This document shows positions 1-12,239 of a stretch of DNA of 64,000 nucleotides, piece by piece (position 1 is the first letter of the stretch; each line of letters starts with the position of its first letter). This stretch comes from Antedon mediterranea (Eukaryota > Animalia > Echinodermata). The stretch lies in the NCBI RefSeq assembly GCF_964355755.1, contig NC_092676.1:9463888-9527887 (forward strand). The letters run 5' to 3'. Under the pieces are notes generated by a model that did no database searches, was not told where the DNA came from, and saw nothing but the letters and a program-made list of their open reading frames with translations. The position numbers and the translations under genes are program-made.

Positions 1-10
1 AGATACACAT

Positions 11-1378
11 TTTTTTTTAAATAGAATCTTTCGTAACACCCTAAATTTTTAAGTTTGAGATGGATGAAAATTTTAAAAAATCCTGCCATTAAAAACAAGT
101 GTAGTTTGTATTCATATTTAAATATGTTCAAATTTATCTAAACACAAACATTTTAAAGTATCAGTATATATTAGGATTAAGTAACAGTATTTATTAATAC
201 TTTTATTAGCAAAATGATGCTTCAATCCAGAATTGTAATGAATACAGTAAGACAGTAATGAATACAGTAAGACAGTAATGAATACAGTAAGACAGTAATG
301 AATATAGTAAGACAGTAAGTCATTGTGATACTTACTAAAGTATACTTTAACAAAACTAGTTCTTTGCAACTGTTGTTGCTTAGTTTAATTGTAGATAATT
401 TGATTTAAAAAAAATTATGGATGATAATTTAAATGACTAATTATCAGAAAGCTAAGTTTATTGGTCTACTCTGAAGTAATTTTACTGAATTCTCAGTGAA
501 GCGAGAATTGTCCAGAGTATGGCAAAAACATCTTAAAAAGTAACTCCATTGACGATCGAGTCCGACCCAAGAATTATTTAGACATTTTTGTGACCAATGT
601 TTCAGAAATGTAAGGTTATAAGCTTCGTAGGTCTACTAAAGTAGGTATGCCTAAATGTAAAAATAAATGTCAAAATAAGCTATACTGTATGGTATAAAGT
701 AAATGACCTACTGATACTATGTAAATTTAGTAGTTATAATATTTATAAATAAACAATTTTTTCAAAATTGACCTAGTAATCTCTGGGTGGGAGGGGTGTG
801 GGCGCAGTGTGCAGACATCAATCTGCTGCAATGTCTACTGTGTATGCTATGTTTTTAGTAGTAGTAAGACTACTAGGGAAATTGATTTAAAGGATAATTT
901 GAATTTTTTTATATTGTGACCTTTGACCCAGTGACCTCAGGGTAAAATGAAAAATCAAATGTGCTATTCTGAATTTTAAGGGTCATGTTTATATTTGTAC
1001 TTATACATTCTTATTCAAAATACCTAATGGATTAAGAGATAATTAGCATAATTTAGATGTCAAACTGGAATGACCTTTGACCTTGAACCCAAAGACAAAT
1101 CAAATATATTATTCTGAATCTTTGGGGTCATGTTTATATTTGTGTTCAATACATTCTTATACCAAATTCTTTATGGTTTAAGAGATAATTGGGATCAAAG
1201 TTGCAAAATGGCAGCCATTTTGATTTTATACAAATTAAGTTATTTATAATGGGCAGATCAGGGTAGATTTTGGATATGATAATATCTACATATAGTTGAG
1301 CATATTTCAGCAAAAAAAACAAACTGTTGCAATTTGTTTGACTCAACGCCTATTTTTCATCTATTTCCACTCAATCTA
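11..1378. mobile_element. Insertion in intron 2 of tetraspanin copy 1, probably a DNA-transposon remnant (Academ-like right end ...CCACTCAATCTA)
   Basis: It is absent from the equivalent intron in copies 2 and 3, and homology resumes at TTAGGCCCGAGAGG (1379). It has internal ~155-bp repeats with TGACCTTTGACC motifs and ends in CTA. The left boundary is uncertain and may lie before the window. Confidence 0.5.
235..318. repeat. 20-bp minisatellite (GTAATGAATACAGTAAGACA) x4
   Basis: Directly visible tandem repeat. Confidence 0.9.
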
Positions 1379-1757
1379 TTAGGCCCGAGAGGTTAGTGTA
1401 GTGCAACAGTTAATAAAAGTGTTATACAAGTTTCATGAGTTTGACAATAAAGTTTATAGAATTGAATTGAATATACAATAATATGAATGTATGATGTTAA
1501 TGTATAGCATAACCTAAACGTCGTTATCAATGCGCAACACACACTGTTTGAAAGCGGTTCTGGTTAAATTCACCATTACCACACCATAAGTACCTAACCT
1601 CAAAAGAATATTCAATTTAAAGCAAGTCTAGTAATTCCTAATACCACTGAACCAAACAGAAAACCGACAACTTATTTATCTATGTCAGGTCCAAGCGTTC
1701 CCAATATGTCCTAATTTATGCCATAAGAACATTTGTCTTTACGTATTTTTTTTACAG

Positions 1758-4700
1758 TACATCGTAATGTTAATTGTGGTCTTCGGCATGGTGTTTATAG
1801 CTGGTGTATTTTCAATTGCAATTTACACACGGGTAAGTTTGTCTTTCTTCAGCTTACAGGCCTAACATTGTAAATAACTATAGAGCAACCAGAAACCACA
1901 CTAAAAAAAGAATGTAAATGTCTACATTTATAGTTAAAACAACTACAGGATATTACAAATGGTTAAAAATCAAAATCAAATCAATATTCATTTGCTTAAC
2001 CTCCGAACAAGTACATAGCAATGGGAATTAATAAAAGAATAAGAAGTTATCTCCATAAAAATGGTTCTTCAATCTTCGATTAAATGATAAAGTTCAGGAT
2101 AAAACAATCAATAAAATAATATCCTGATTATGATCAATATCGTATCTCTTAAAGATTGCTTCTCAAGATTTCAAACTTCATATTAATTTGTTATCTGAGT
2201 AAACTATTGTGCATTGTTTTATATAGATCTGGCATTAAATCACGACCACCAAAAAACAATCTATATATAACTAGTCTTTTCATAATGTATAATTCTTAGA
2301 TTCTGTAATTTTAATTTTGAATTTTAATCATTTTTAATCGTTTTAATAGTATTTTAAGATTGATCCATGGCGTTTTTGCACAATTTGATTTTTTAACATT
2401 ATTTTATATTGGCCTATGTATTGTGATATTGCATTATATCATTTTTTTTTCAAATTTAATATATTATTTTTTTATTCATTGAGTGTCCTTATTGCCAAGC
2501 AAAATTAGTTTCCAATTGAATTCAACCAATAACATTTCTTGAATGTTGAATCTTAAATGTCTAGTCGATTCTTTTCAATGTCGATTCTGCAACCGGTGTC
2601 ACAACGTTAACTACTTAATTGCATCTTTATAAACATTTTTTTTTAAACGTGCACACATTTGTTTATACTTTACTCTATACTTGTAACATTCTTTTTCTCT
2701 CCTAATAGTAGGCCTATAGGCGTGTTGTGGTGCTTATTTAAGGCAAATCCTTCAAATTGTGATAACATTCTAAAAGGGTTGCCCACAATTTGGTCAGGTG
2801 AAAGCGGCCATTTTGGGTTTCAAAATGACCGAAAACAATCCACACTAAACATGGTCACCCATGGTCATTGGAAAGATAAATTAATACTCATCATTTTATT
2901 CCATTATACCCATTTACAAAAAGTCATAGTTACACAGTTATGTATCAATAAAAAAAAGTCACGTGACCAATACAAGTCCTAAGGTAAACAACTAATTTGA
3001 CCAAATACCATACTGTTTGATATCGTTGGATAGCTTTAAAAAAAAGTCTGAATACAGTTTTAACAATATCTGTCCAACTTCATTTGTCATTTGTCATAAT
3101 TGTTAAATTAAATTATAAATGCATTATAGGTCATAAGTAGGTTTATAAAAAATGTTTTATTCTTCAGGAAACTTTTAAAATACTTACCGTAAATCGTCTA
3201 ATATAGAAATCCACACTCTAATAGTAACAACCCCCCCCCCCCCCCCCCTCTAATAGTAACCCACCTTATAAGTTAATCTATAATAATAACCCACTACTCT
3301 AATAGTAACCCACTATTAGAGTAAAAAAAAACTTATGATGCAGACGTATTTTGAAAATAATGAGATAATTCATGTTGATCTCGCTCGGGAGTGGGGAAGG
3401 ATTGAGTATTTTTGAGTTTATAATATAAAGTTAGAGTTCAACCAAATTTGTTTATTCGTACTGTTTTATTATTTTGCTATGAGTTGCTGACCGGAAAAGT
3501 TCGGGGTGGGTTACTATTTTCAGGTGCCTTATTCAAGATTAGTAATAGTAACCCACTAATCTAATAGTAACCCCCTTCTAATAGTAACCCACCCTAAAAA
3601 CAATCAAAGAATAATAACCCAGCGTTACAATTAGAAGATTTACGGACAGCTTAATAATCATAGGGTGTTATTGGAAAAAGTGTACAGTATGAACATACCA
3701 TAAAAGTCTACTGCTTTACCTTACAGGAATTGTATTGTTATTATTTTCCATCAAAATATGAAAATATGATACAGAAATGTAAAATCACTATTGTATCATT
3801 GCAGCAAATTAAATTCTGAATCTGTTTCAACATTGTACATTAGCCGTAACATTTTCCTTTTTAAAAAATAATATACCATAAAATCGCGACAAAGAAGCCT
3901 CCTATAATTAAATTTGAAAAGAAGCACATCTCAAATGGAAGCCCCCTTCGAAATCAAGCCCACTGAGTTTCTTCAAGATAGTATGGGCTTCTTATCAAAG
4001 TGGCATTTTGATCAATACTTAAACATTTGGTATCTCGAAGCCAACCGGAAGAAGAAGCGCATTGATTTCTTTAAAGAGGTTTAACGGTATGGCATAAATG
4101 TACTGTTCAAAATCATGTGTATTATGCTTAAGTTTGTCAAACTGGGTACAAAAATGTCTATTAAAAATCTTAATGTGAATTTTGGTCTAATTACGAATTA
4201 CTGACACGCATTTGCTTTTTGATTTCGAAACTACAAAATACTGTGCAAAATATTCAGGATGACCTAATAATCCTTCCATAGATGAAAGTTGCCATTGGCC
4301 TTAAGTCATATTTTATTAGACCTACAGTAAACTTTGAACACTTTTTAAAGAGTTCCCAACAAAATCAATTTTTATTGAATTAACCCAAAATCATATTGCC
4401 ATATAGATCAGTTTTTAGTCACTTTACCATTCTCTATCTGTTGACATAAAAAAAAAGAAAAGGTGAAGAAGGTTTTTACCGTCTAACATCTCTTTATTAT
4501 TTTGATTTTAGTTATTACAATATAAATTATGTGATAGTAGAATAATTAATCAAACTATACACTTGTCACAGATGTTGGTGCATTAATATCTAAAACTTAA
4601 AATTTTGGAACGTGAAACATGTCAAACTAAACTCTGAAGTAAAAACATGTGAACAACAATTTAAAATTATAATTTAATTTGATTGATTCACGTTATGTGT

Positions 4701-6858
4701 ATCAATAACAACAATAATAATAGCCACAATCAAAGGCAGAAACCATGTTAGAAACAACATAGTCACCAAACATGAATACGTAAAGATGCGGTAAGCAAAA
4801 ATATATCAAGCGGGTAAATGCACAACGAAAACCGGGTAAATGCTGATATCACTGTTATATCCATAACAAGTTACAACCAGTTGAATGAAGTGTCAAATCA
4901 ATCTACTGTGTAACTATGACTTTTTGTATATAGGTACCATGTAATGGAATAAAATGATAGGTGATTCTCTTTCCAATGACACCATGGATGCCTATGTTTG
5001 GGCAATCCTTCCATTCTATATTTTTGATACATCAATTAATAACTGTGCCAAGTTTCAGAATGCTATCATAATTTGCGGGATTGGTTCCTTTAAAAATTCT
5101 CTATAACACTCTTTAGACATAAATGTTTTTGTTTTCATTAGTCGGAAAATGAGTTAGAGTTTCAGATGTTGAATACACTGAAGAGAGAATTTGGGCCCGG
5201 AGGAAACGAGGATGCACAGGATCCAATTACAGCTGCCTGGAACAATCTTCAAGATACAGTAAGCATGTTGGAAAATATATTGAACTAGTAGTTGTTAACA
5301 GTGATATCTCTAACATGTTAAATCTTGCCAGTAGGCCGATACATACACTACGATTTAAGTGTTTCTTTTCTACTTCTGATGCCGTTCCGTGATTTCAGTA
5401 GAAGTAATATGAAATACAGACTTTAATAAGAGCAACAATAGCCTGCAAAGAGATGCATCACAAACACTGATCCAAGAGTATACGCATATTTTCACTCCCA
5501 TTAACATTCTTAGTATCCCAATCGAGGAAAACCAGAAGGCAGATCATTAATAAAGCCTACACTATAATAGATTTTTTCCCTTTTTTTTTTGTTTTCTTAT
5601 TATTATTATTATTTACATCTACTTGTTAAGTAAACTTTCAATATTATAGCAAATGAAATATAAAGGAAATTCTTTCTCATCTTCGTAGCATAACTGTTGT
5701 GGCGTTAAAACAAACAGTACTAACGGTATTATATTCCGTTCTTCAAATTGGTATCGAGAACAGCCGATTGTTAAACGAGTTAAGGTTCCAGCAACGTGCT
5801 GTATGAAGAACGATGACGCAATAGTGGATCTGAAAAGTTGTCAGGGTAATTTTGGTGGATTTGAACATGTTTATTTCAATGTAAGAATATGCTTTTTACA
5901 AAATATGTATCAAACTTTTGCTATTCTCAAAATTGCCTAAAACGACTTGAGTAATTTCTGTGCATTATAATGTTTGTTATTTCACGAAAGTTTTTGCTGC
6001 AAAAATTTGACAATGTGGTTTTCATAAGTATATAATTTCATAGGCAAACACTGTATATTATATACATTTACATACATTGCACACACATAAATGTCCAAAA
6101 ACAATAATTATAAATATTTTGTATTTGCAAGTTTGTAATTAATAAATTAATACACTTAAATAATGATTTCGCTTATAAAATAATAAATAAAATAATATAA
6201 TATAATTTTCTGTTTCTTCACATGCTTTTATTACCCCAATCTGAAGTTTATAATCTATTAAAACACTATTTTGTTGTAGGGCTGTTATGATCCGGCCTTA
6301 CGGCAGATTTCATTTTTTTGTTCGCTAGTTTCTGGATCTGTCGTTGGAATTACTGGTATGCAGGTAAGAATTAAAATATTATACGTAAAAACTTACACAT
6401 ATTACTTTTGTAATATAGGATTTATTTCGCATAAATTTGCTATTCCACACATGTTAGACGTACAGTTTCATTTCGTATCTAGCGACAATAAGCAGCCTGC
6501 AGTTTTTAGATGACTTGCGACATCCAGTTACAATCTGTCTAAGTGAGAGATGCAGAAGTGTTCTTAGAGTCTCTTGACACTATAAATAGCTACGGTTGTG
6601 TTTTTCGCCAGCAGATACGATACCGCATACTGTTTATTGTCACTATACACGATACCGCCAAACGAGAATTAATTTTGATGATTTTAATCCTATAAAAAGT
6701 ACAAGAAATATTGGAATTATCACAAATATTACAATTACATTTACAATAGTATCCGGTGATTTATTAAACGTGTTTAGTACAGATAATTATATTATGCTCC
6801 TTTTATATTTCAGTTATTTGCTCTTTTATTTTCGTTCTTCGTTATGCGTCAAATGTAA
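1758..6858 (+). CDS. Tetraspanin A, copy 1 (exons 3-7 only; exons 1-2 not in window). Exons 1758-1832, 5142-5258, 5689-5880, 6280-6363, 6814-6858
   Basis: AG/GT-bounded phase-0 exons splice into TM3 (YIVMLIVVFGMVFIAGVFSIAIYTR), a large extracellular loop with CCG (HNCCGV), PxxCC (VPATCC) and GC (GCYD), then TM4 and stop (LFALLFSFFVMRQM*). The coding sequence matches copy 2. Confidence 0.85.
2742..4300. mobile_element. Possible Kolobok-like non-autonomous element hosting nested MITEs (3187-3645, 3876-4087); also present in copies 2 and 3
   Basis: TTAA|GGCAAATCC...CCATTGGCC|TTAA: flanking TTAA and short imperfect TIRs. Confidence 0.3.
3187..3645. mobile_element. Tc1/mariner (pogo-like) MITE with CTAATAGTAACCCAC subterminal repeats
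   Basis: TA|CCGTAAATC...GATTTACGG TIRs. The right TSD was removed by a 13-bp deletion in this copy. Confidence 0.65.
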
Positions 6859-7250
6859 AGGGTCGTATTTGTTATGAACAATAATAACTTTAAATACATC
6901 AAATGGAGTAATGACAGAACCTAACATAGACCTAACAGTAAGTAGGAGGAAAACTATTATGAACGATTGTTCAGATTGGAGTTCAAACATATTTAATTTG
7001 TGGCAAAAGATGGAGTATTATTACTATAAGAGAACATCTGAATGGGTTTGAATCATAGGTAGCCTTGTGCCAATATTGACATGTCAAATCACCTCCACTT
7101 CACACACACTTCAATGCAGCTTGATGATACCAATGCAAGACAGTACTTTTAAAAAATACACTGCAGGCTTTATCATCAAAAATACTGTTGTATTCTGTTA
7201 AGCTCTGTCTACACCATCAAACTTTATTTGACAAAAAACGTAGACAAAGT

Positions 7251-7592
7251 GTAGACGGCCAAAGCTACCAATTGTGTGGTTCCAAATCAAAGATGGTTTT
7301 GCAATTACAAGGTGAGATCAAACTCCTGTTTCATAGCGATTGATCAAACACTGCTAAAGGATACAAGGCATCTTACAAAATCCTCAGAAGACGCAAGAAG
7401 AGATCCGACTTGGAAACAACACTGAAGGAACTGGGCGACGGCGTCGCTAAAATTCAGATGAAACCAGAAGAAGCGTTGAATGGAATAGAAGCAGATAACG
7501 TTAAGTTACCACCAGAAGCTGATACGAATGACAGGTTTGGAGATGAGGTTGTCACCATCCAGATGAAGCCTGAGGAAGCTGTACAAGCTTAG
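7251..7592 (+). pseudogene. Truncated terminal exon fragment: C-terminal half of a CUB domain, basic RRRKKR site and acidic tail
   Basis: In the frame of ORF 7410 it reads VDGQSYQLCGSKSKMVLQLQGEIKLLFHSD*SNTAKGYKASYK, matching the CUB consensus CG...L.F.SD.S...GF.A.Y, with a TGA at 7341. It continues ILRRRKKRSD... with IQMKPEEA repeated twice. It is cut at its 5' end by the duplication junction. Confidence 0.6.
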
Positions 7593-9005
7593 TTGCTGCA
7601 GTTGTCAATGGACAATTTCTTGAATTCTACACTATATCGCTATATTGTCAAGTTTATTTATTCTAAGAAATACAACCGCTTTGTTTAGAAATGATAATCC
7701 CTATCCCTGATGGTTGACTTTAATGTTCAAATTTCTCGTTCGTTTCAAGAGACGCTGTCCCTTTAATTGAGTGTTTCTTTAATAGGGGCTTTGAATATAG
7801 GGGTGTCCCCTGAATATAGCAGTGTCTAAAGGAAGAGTTCGGTTCAGTTTTAATTGGTTAATAAAGTAAATCAAAAGTTTGTGAACTTTTAATGCTTTTG
7901 TTTTCACATCTACTCTATGCTACTCCAACCACAAACATTCGTCAATAGAGTACATAATTCAAATGTATTTATTTTCAGTACATTAATGTAAAACACACAT
8001 AAATAAAATAAATAAATGTATCAATACTTAGTTTAACAAATATACATGTGAACGTATACCCTAAATGTGAAATAATGTTTAGTTTGTAAGAAACCAACAC
8101 TACTATTAATTTATGAATATAAATTATTATCTAAATTATTATTAAATAATGTTAAACAAATTTAAAAAATAAATATAATCACTTATTGTGCCAATTGTAA
8201 TTTATGTAAAACATGTAGTTGAATTATTTTGTAAAGTATTTAAGTTATATTAAACATATTTTCAGTATGCACTGTATACAAACTATGAAAAAAAAATTGC
8301 ACCATGTATTAATATAACACTAAACTATATTTATTAATTTCTTTTGATTTAGTATTTTTGCGACCTAAACAATCATGGGTCATATAACTTAGCTTAAAGA
8401 AACAATAAATACGTAATGTACAGTAGTACTGTCATTTCAAAGTGTGTATATCTGTGGCTGTTGACATGTTAAAAAAATATTTCATTCGATCATCAAAATC
8501 GGTGGGACAGTAGAAATAAACGAAGAAAGTTGTAGGCCTAAATCCATACAAAAATAATAAGAAAAACGCGCAGAAATTTTAGATGTCTCCTACGGTAATT
8601 AAACTACGGACGTGTCACGAATGTTCGCTTTTCATGTTTTTTCCGGTGATTACAACAGTAAAACTACAACCACATTGAATGTCATTTGACAGGAAAATAA
8701 GGTAGAAAATTCACACAACTTCGGACAAATGGTAAAAGAATGATGATGTTAGTAAATGTGTGATGTTATAGAAAATTGTAAAGTATTCACCTTATTTCTC
8801 TTGCTAAGTATTGGATCAACTTTAATTGATGGCTACCTGTATATCAGCCTGTAATGTAAAATGAATAACTTCATATTTTGTATTTCTGTTGTAAAATCCT
8901 CTTCATTCATTCTGCAACATTGAGGATACAAAATTTATAATAAAACAAACAGCACCCAAATGTTTTTTTTTAACAATGGTGGATGATGGATGTTGGTGGT
9001 GTGTT

Positions 9006-9951
9006 ATATTATACAGATATTGACTGCTTAGAGGTTAAATATAAGATTTGACATCCCCGAGGGAATGATATTAAGTTCGAGGGAATATATATTTCCCGAA
9101 GCGCCAGCTGAGGGAAATATATATTCCCCGAGAACTTAATATCATTCCCGAGGGGATGTCAAATCTTATATTTAACCGATATAAAAGGCAATATCTGTTA
9201 TATTATATAGCCAAGAACAAGTCTGCTGGGTTGGGTGAAGCTAGGCTAGGCCTCCTATAGTATTTGTATTGTATTTAAACAAGCCTGCCTAGACACCTTA
9301 CCTTGCGAAGAATAATATACAGATAATTACTAATTAATGATTCCTTGGCAATAAAATATTCACTTAGGCCTAGGTCGTTTAAATTAACAGGAGAATTTCC
9401 ATCAATAAGCCTATTAATAATAATATTATAATCAGGTAGGACGAATAAACAATTCGTCTTCTTCTCAATCTTCGAGGAGCCGAATCACCGGATGTTCAGC
9501 GCGTACTAGTTACTAGGTTACTACCGTGAGTATTGACCAATCACAAACTGTGTTTCATCATATTTAGGGTGGACTAATACCAAATGAGGGCGCTATGTAT
9601 GCGTAGCTTAAATAGTTTAGAAGATTAATTACTTCAAGCAAGTTTCGTGGCGCAGCGGTTGAAACGTTGTCTTGTGATGGAGTGACAATTGCATCGCAAG
9701 TTCAAGATCAGTAGATGGCTTTTGTTTATTTATCGGCAAACGCGAGTGTTGCACACAAAAATTACACAGTCAATATCATCGTACTCGAGAATTTATATGA
9801 TTAATGACAGGGGACACGATTATTACGCGAAAATTACACAGTCAATATCATCGTTCTCGAGGATATATACGATTTACGATCCTCGCAGCGGTAGTCATGT
9901 GATGCAGTTTCAACCAATCACGTTCGCGTATTTACATAGGCTATGTAATAT
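9006..9951. mobile_element. Non-autonomous element with a ~200-bp terminal palindrome (Crypton-like architecture)
   Basis: Arms of about 90 bp (9006-9096 / 9112-9208) surround CCCGAAGCGCCAGCTGAGGG. The distal end reads CAACCAATCACGTTCGCGTATTTACATAGGCTATGTAATA. The family call is recalled by resemblance only. Confidence 0.5.
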
Positions 9952-10036
9952 AAAATAATATTACTGTACAGTATAATTATAATTATATTAGTCAATAAGT
10001 TATCATAAAACATGAGGTATTTAGCTGTTCAACTAA

Positions 10037-11866
10037 CCAATTTGAAGTTTTTCTAAGCACCTATCTAGCCATAGTATACTGCTTGCAAGCTATCATTCTG
10101 ATAGTGGTTGTTTGTATTCTGGAGGAAATCTCTGAGCTGTGCATACCGTTGACGTATATCAAAGCCAAGGCTTTTGTGAAGCTTGCGTAGACAAACTGGG
10201 CAAAGAAAGAGAGGTTGGTGGAGCGCTTTCTTCACTGACTTACTCTCATTCATGGAACATTCGAAGAATAAACAGTGATTCAATCCAAGAAGGTGACATG
10301 TTTCATGGCTTGCAACCTGAAGAAAAAAAACATATTTAAGGTCTCCTCATGCATGCATTATTATGCAAATTAGAAAGGGTTTACACATGTTTAATACTTA
10401 GTAGTGAGAATAAATCATGAGTTGAAGATTGACTGTTCTATTTAAAAATGCGGAGTAGAGCTTAAATTTTAAAAATATGAACATTATATCATTACATAGT
10501 TTTAACACTACTTTTTAAAACTTTTATTCAATTAATCCGCACCTTCCACACTGAATCAATGCCGAACTCTAGGATGTTGGCCAGGCCATTTAAAAGGTAT
10601 AGCTTTGATATTTAAATTATTCTTAAAATGTTTACACAAATTTAAAAGTTCATAGTAGTAGGGCCCTACTGTAGGCTACAGACTCAGTTCAATATCACCA
10701 TTAAATATCACTTGTTTTTATTCTTAGGCCTACAAACAACTAATTAATACTGAACAAAATGTCATAAAAAACTGTAATTAATCAATCAAATGGAAAGGAT
10801 ACAGTAAATTATAACAGCAATTATGGTTTTTTTAGTCAAATTACTGTAACAGGCAATCAATCAGAAATTTGAATGTGAAACATCTATACAGTTAGATTTA
10901 TATTGAATATTTTTCTATAATAATGTACAGTATTATTATTAATATTTTGTTTATAAATTTTCTGTGGAATTTTTCAATGTACTCTACATAGAGTATATGT
11001 AGCAACATAAATAAAAACAAAAGTTTTTTAAGCCAAGCGATACCGGTAAATATACTACTTTACCCGTATAAGTTTCCATAAAAGTTGACCATCCAATGCT
11101 AACTTGTTTTCATCCGTAATTGCTTTATTGGCATTGTCACCATCTGGTGTGCTTACGTATGACTTAGGCTCATACCTGCCAAACCCAAACACTGCACATC
11201 TACAGCTGTACGAGGCCTCCTCGAGCACAAAATTCAACTCTTCTGTTGGATACAGATCAGTCCAGGTCAGGGCTAGAATATAATTTGATCTTGGGATGTT
11301 AAATGATGAATGAAGACTGGAGTACAAATCAGAAACCAGAATCTGTTTTTTGACTGTAACATCTTGTTTTAAACTTTACTTGTGATAAATTATAGATAGT
11401 TAGTGGCAAAATTAACATTCATCTCAGAAAAAAATATTTTTAAAAAGTCACACAGCCATTGCAATAACTGTTTATCTCCTATTTTAAACTCCTTCACTGA
11501 TTCTGGCAACATTTCTATGGGTAAAAACATTACAGTAATTTAAAGTTTTAGGAAATTTCCATTTTCGAATTAAGCCTAAACCAGACACTACGCCTTTCCA
11601 CATTGGATATGTCTGCCTACCAACAACAGGAACACAACGTGGCATAAACAGCACATCATTTTTATCACTAGTCTTTCCTATCTTATCCCCAGTACCTAGG
11701 CCCAATTCCGGCGAATGGTCTGGCGGAAGCTGCCCTGGTCACAAACAACAGGCCGATAGCATAAAATAGGCTTGCAAACTTGGATCAATGTTTTTCAGTT
11801 TTCCTACCAAATATCGTGCATTCTTTTTATCTGATGACTTGCTTACTGTTTTAAATTAAAACTCAT
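10037..11866 (-). pseudogene. Archaemetzincin (AMZ1/AMZ2-like, peptidase M54) pseudogene, copy 1. Exons about 11866-11064 and 10316-~10037
   Basis: Exon 2 encodes HETCHLLGLNHCLFFECSMN...PLFLCPVCLRKL, the archaemetzincin HExxHxxGxxHC..C.M..CxxC motif. Exon 1 has LTWTDLYPTEELNFV. It is disabled by an in-frame TGA (11739-11741), frameshifts near 11850, 11540 and about 11390, and one near 10070 before WLDRCL. Confidence 0.82.
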
Positions 11867-12239
11867 AATAAGTTTCTATAGCAACACAATTGGAAATTAT
11901 GAATAAAGGCCCAAGGGGTCAATACGTGAAGCGTAAATCATCAACCAGAACTTTTAATGTTCGCGGCCATCTTCAAAATACGTTGCCAGATCAATTATTC
12001 AGTTTGCGCCCAATATATTAAAATGTTTCTTTATTAAAATAATCAACATGCTTTGTTATCGGTGTTATATGTATGAAACCCCGGGGTATGAACATAAATA
12101 GGTATGAATAATATCTAATAATACTATTCAATCAAATCAAAATGTACTAAAAACGAATTAATTACTAATGTAAACTGTACTAATTAATTAATATTAGATC
12201 TTTCTGCACAGGAACGGCTTTTTATGCGAGATCCCTTTC

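Noticed and set aside
118-369. 83-aa minus-strand ORF
   Set aside because: It is generated by the 20-bp minisatellite in AT-rich DNA.
2659-2982. 107-aa ORF repeated three times (also 16810 and 30973)
   Set aside because: It lies in tetraspanin intron 3 over repeat-like DNA, starts at TTG and has no recognisable domain. It recurs only because of the segmental duplication.
6596-6877. 93-aa and 141-aa ORFs (also 20759 and 34927)
   Set aside because: They are intron 6 read-through overlapping the true last exon in a different frame.
8788-8912. Possible extra 3' exon of the AMZ pseudogene
   Set aside because: It has AG/GT-like ends on the minus strand, but contains stops and shows no recognisable homology.
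9642-9712. Possible tRNA gene
   Set aside because: Only an A-box-like start and a weak B box are present, and the stems do not close. I treated it as a remnant within a repeat.
10065-11705. Functional archaemetzincin gene
   Set aside because: The zinc-binding exon is intact, but the upstream coding region needs several frameshifts and a read-through stop, and I found no suitable splice sites to skip them.
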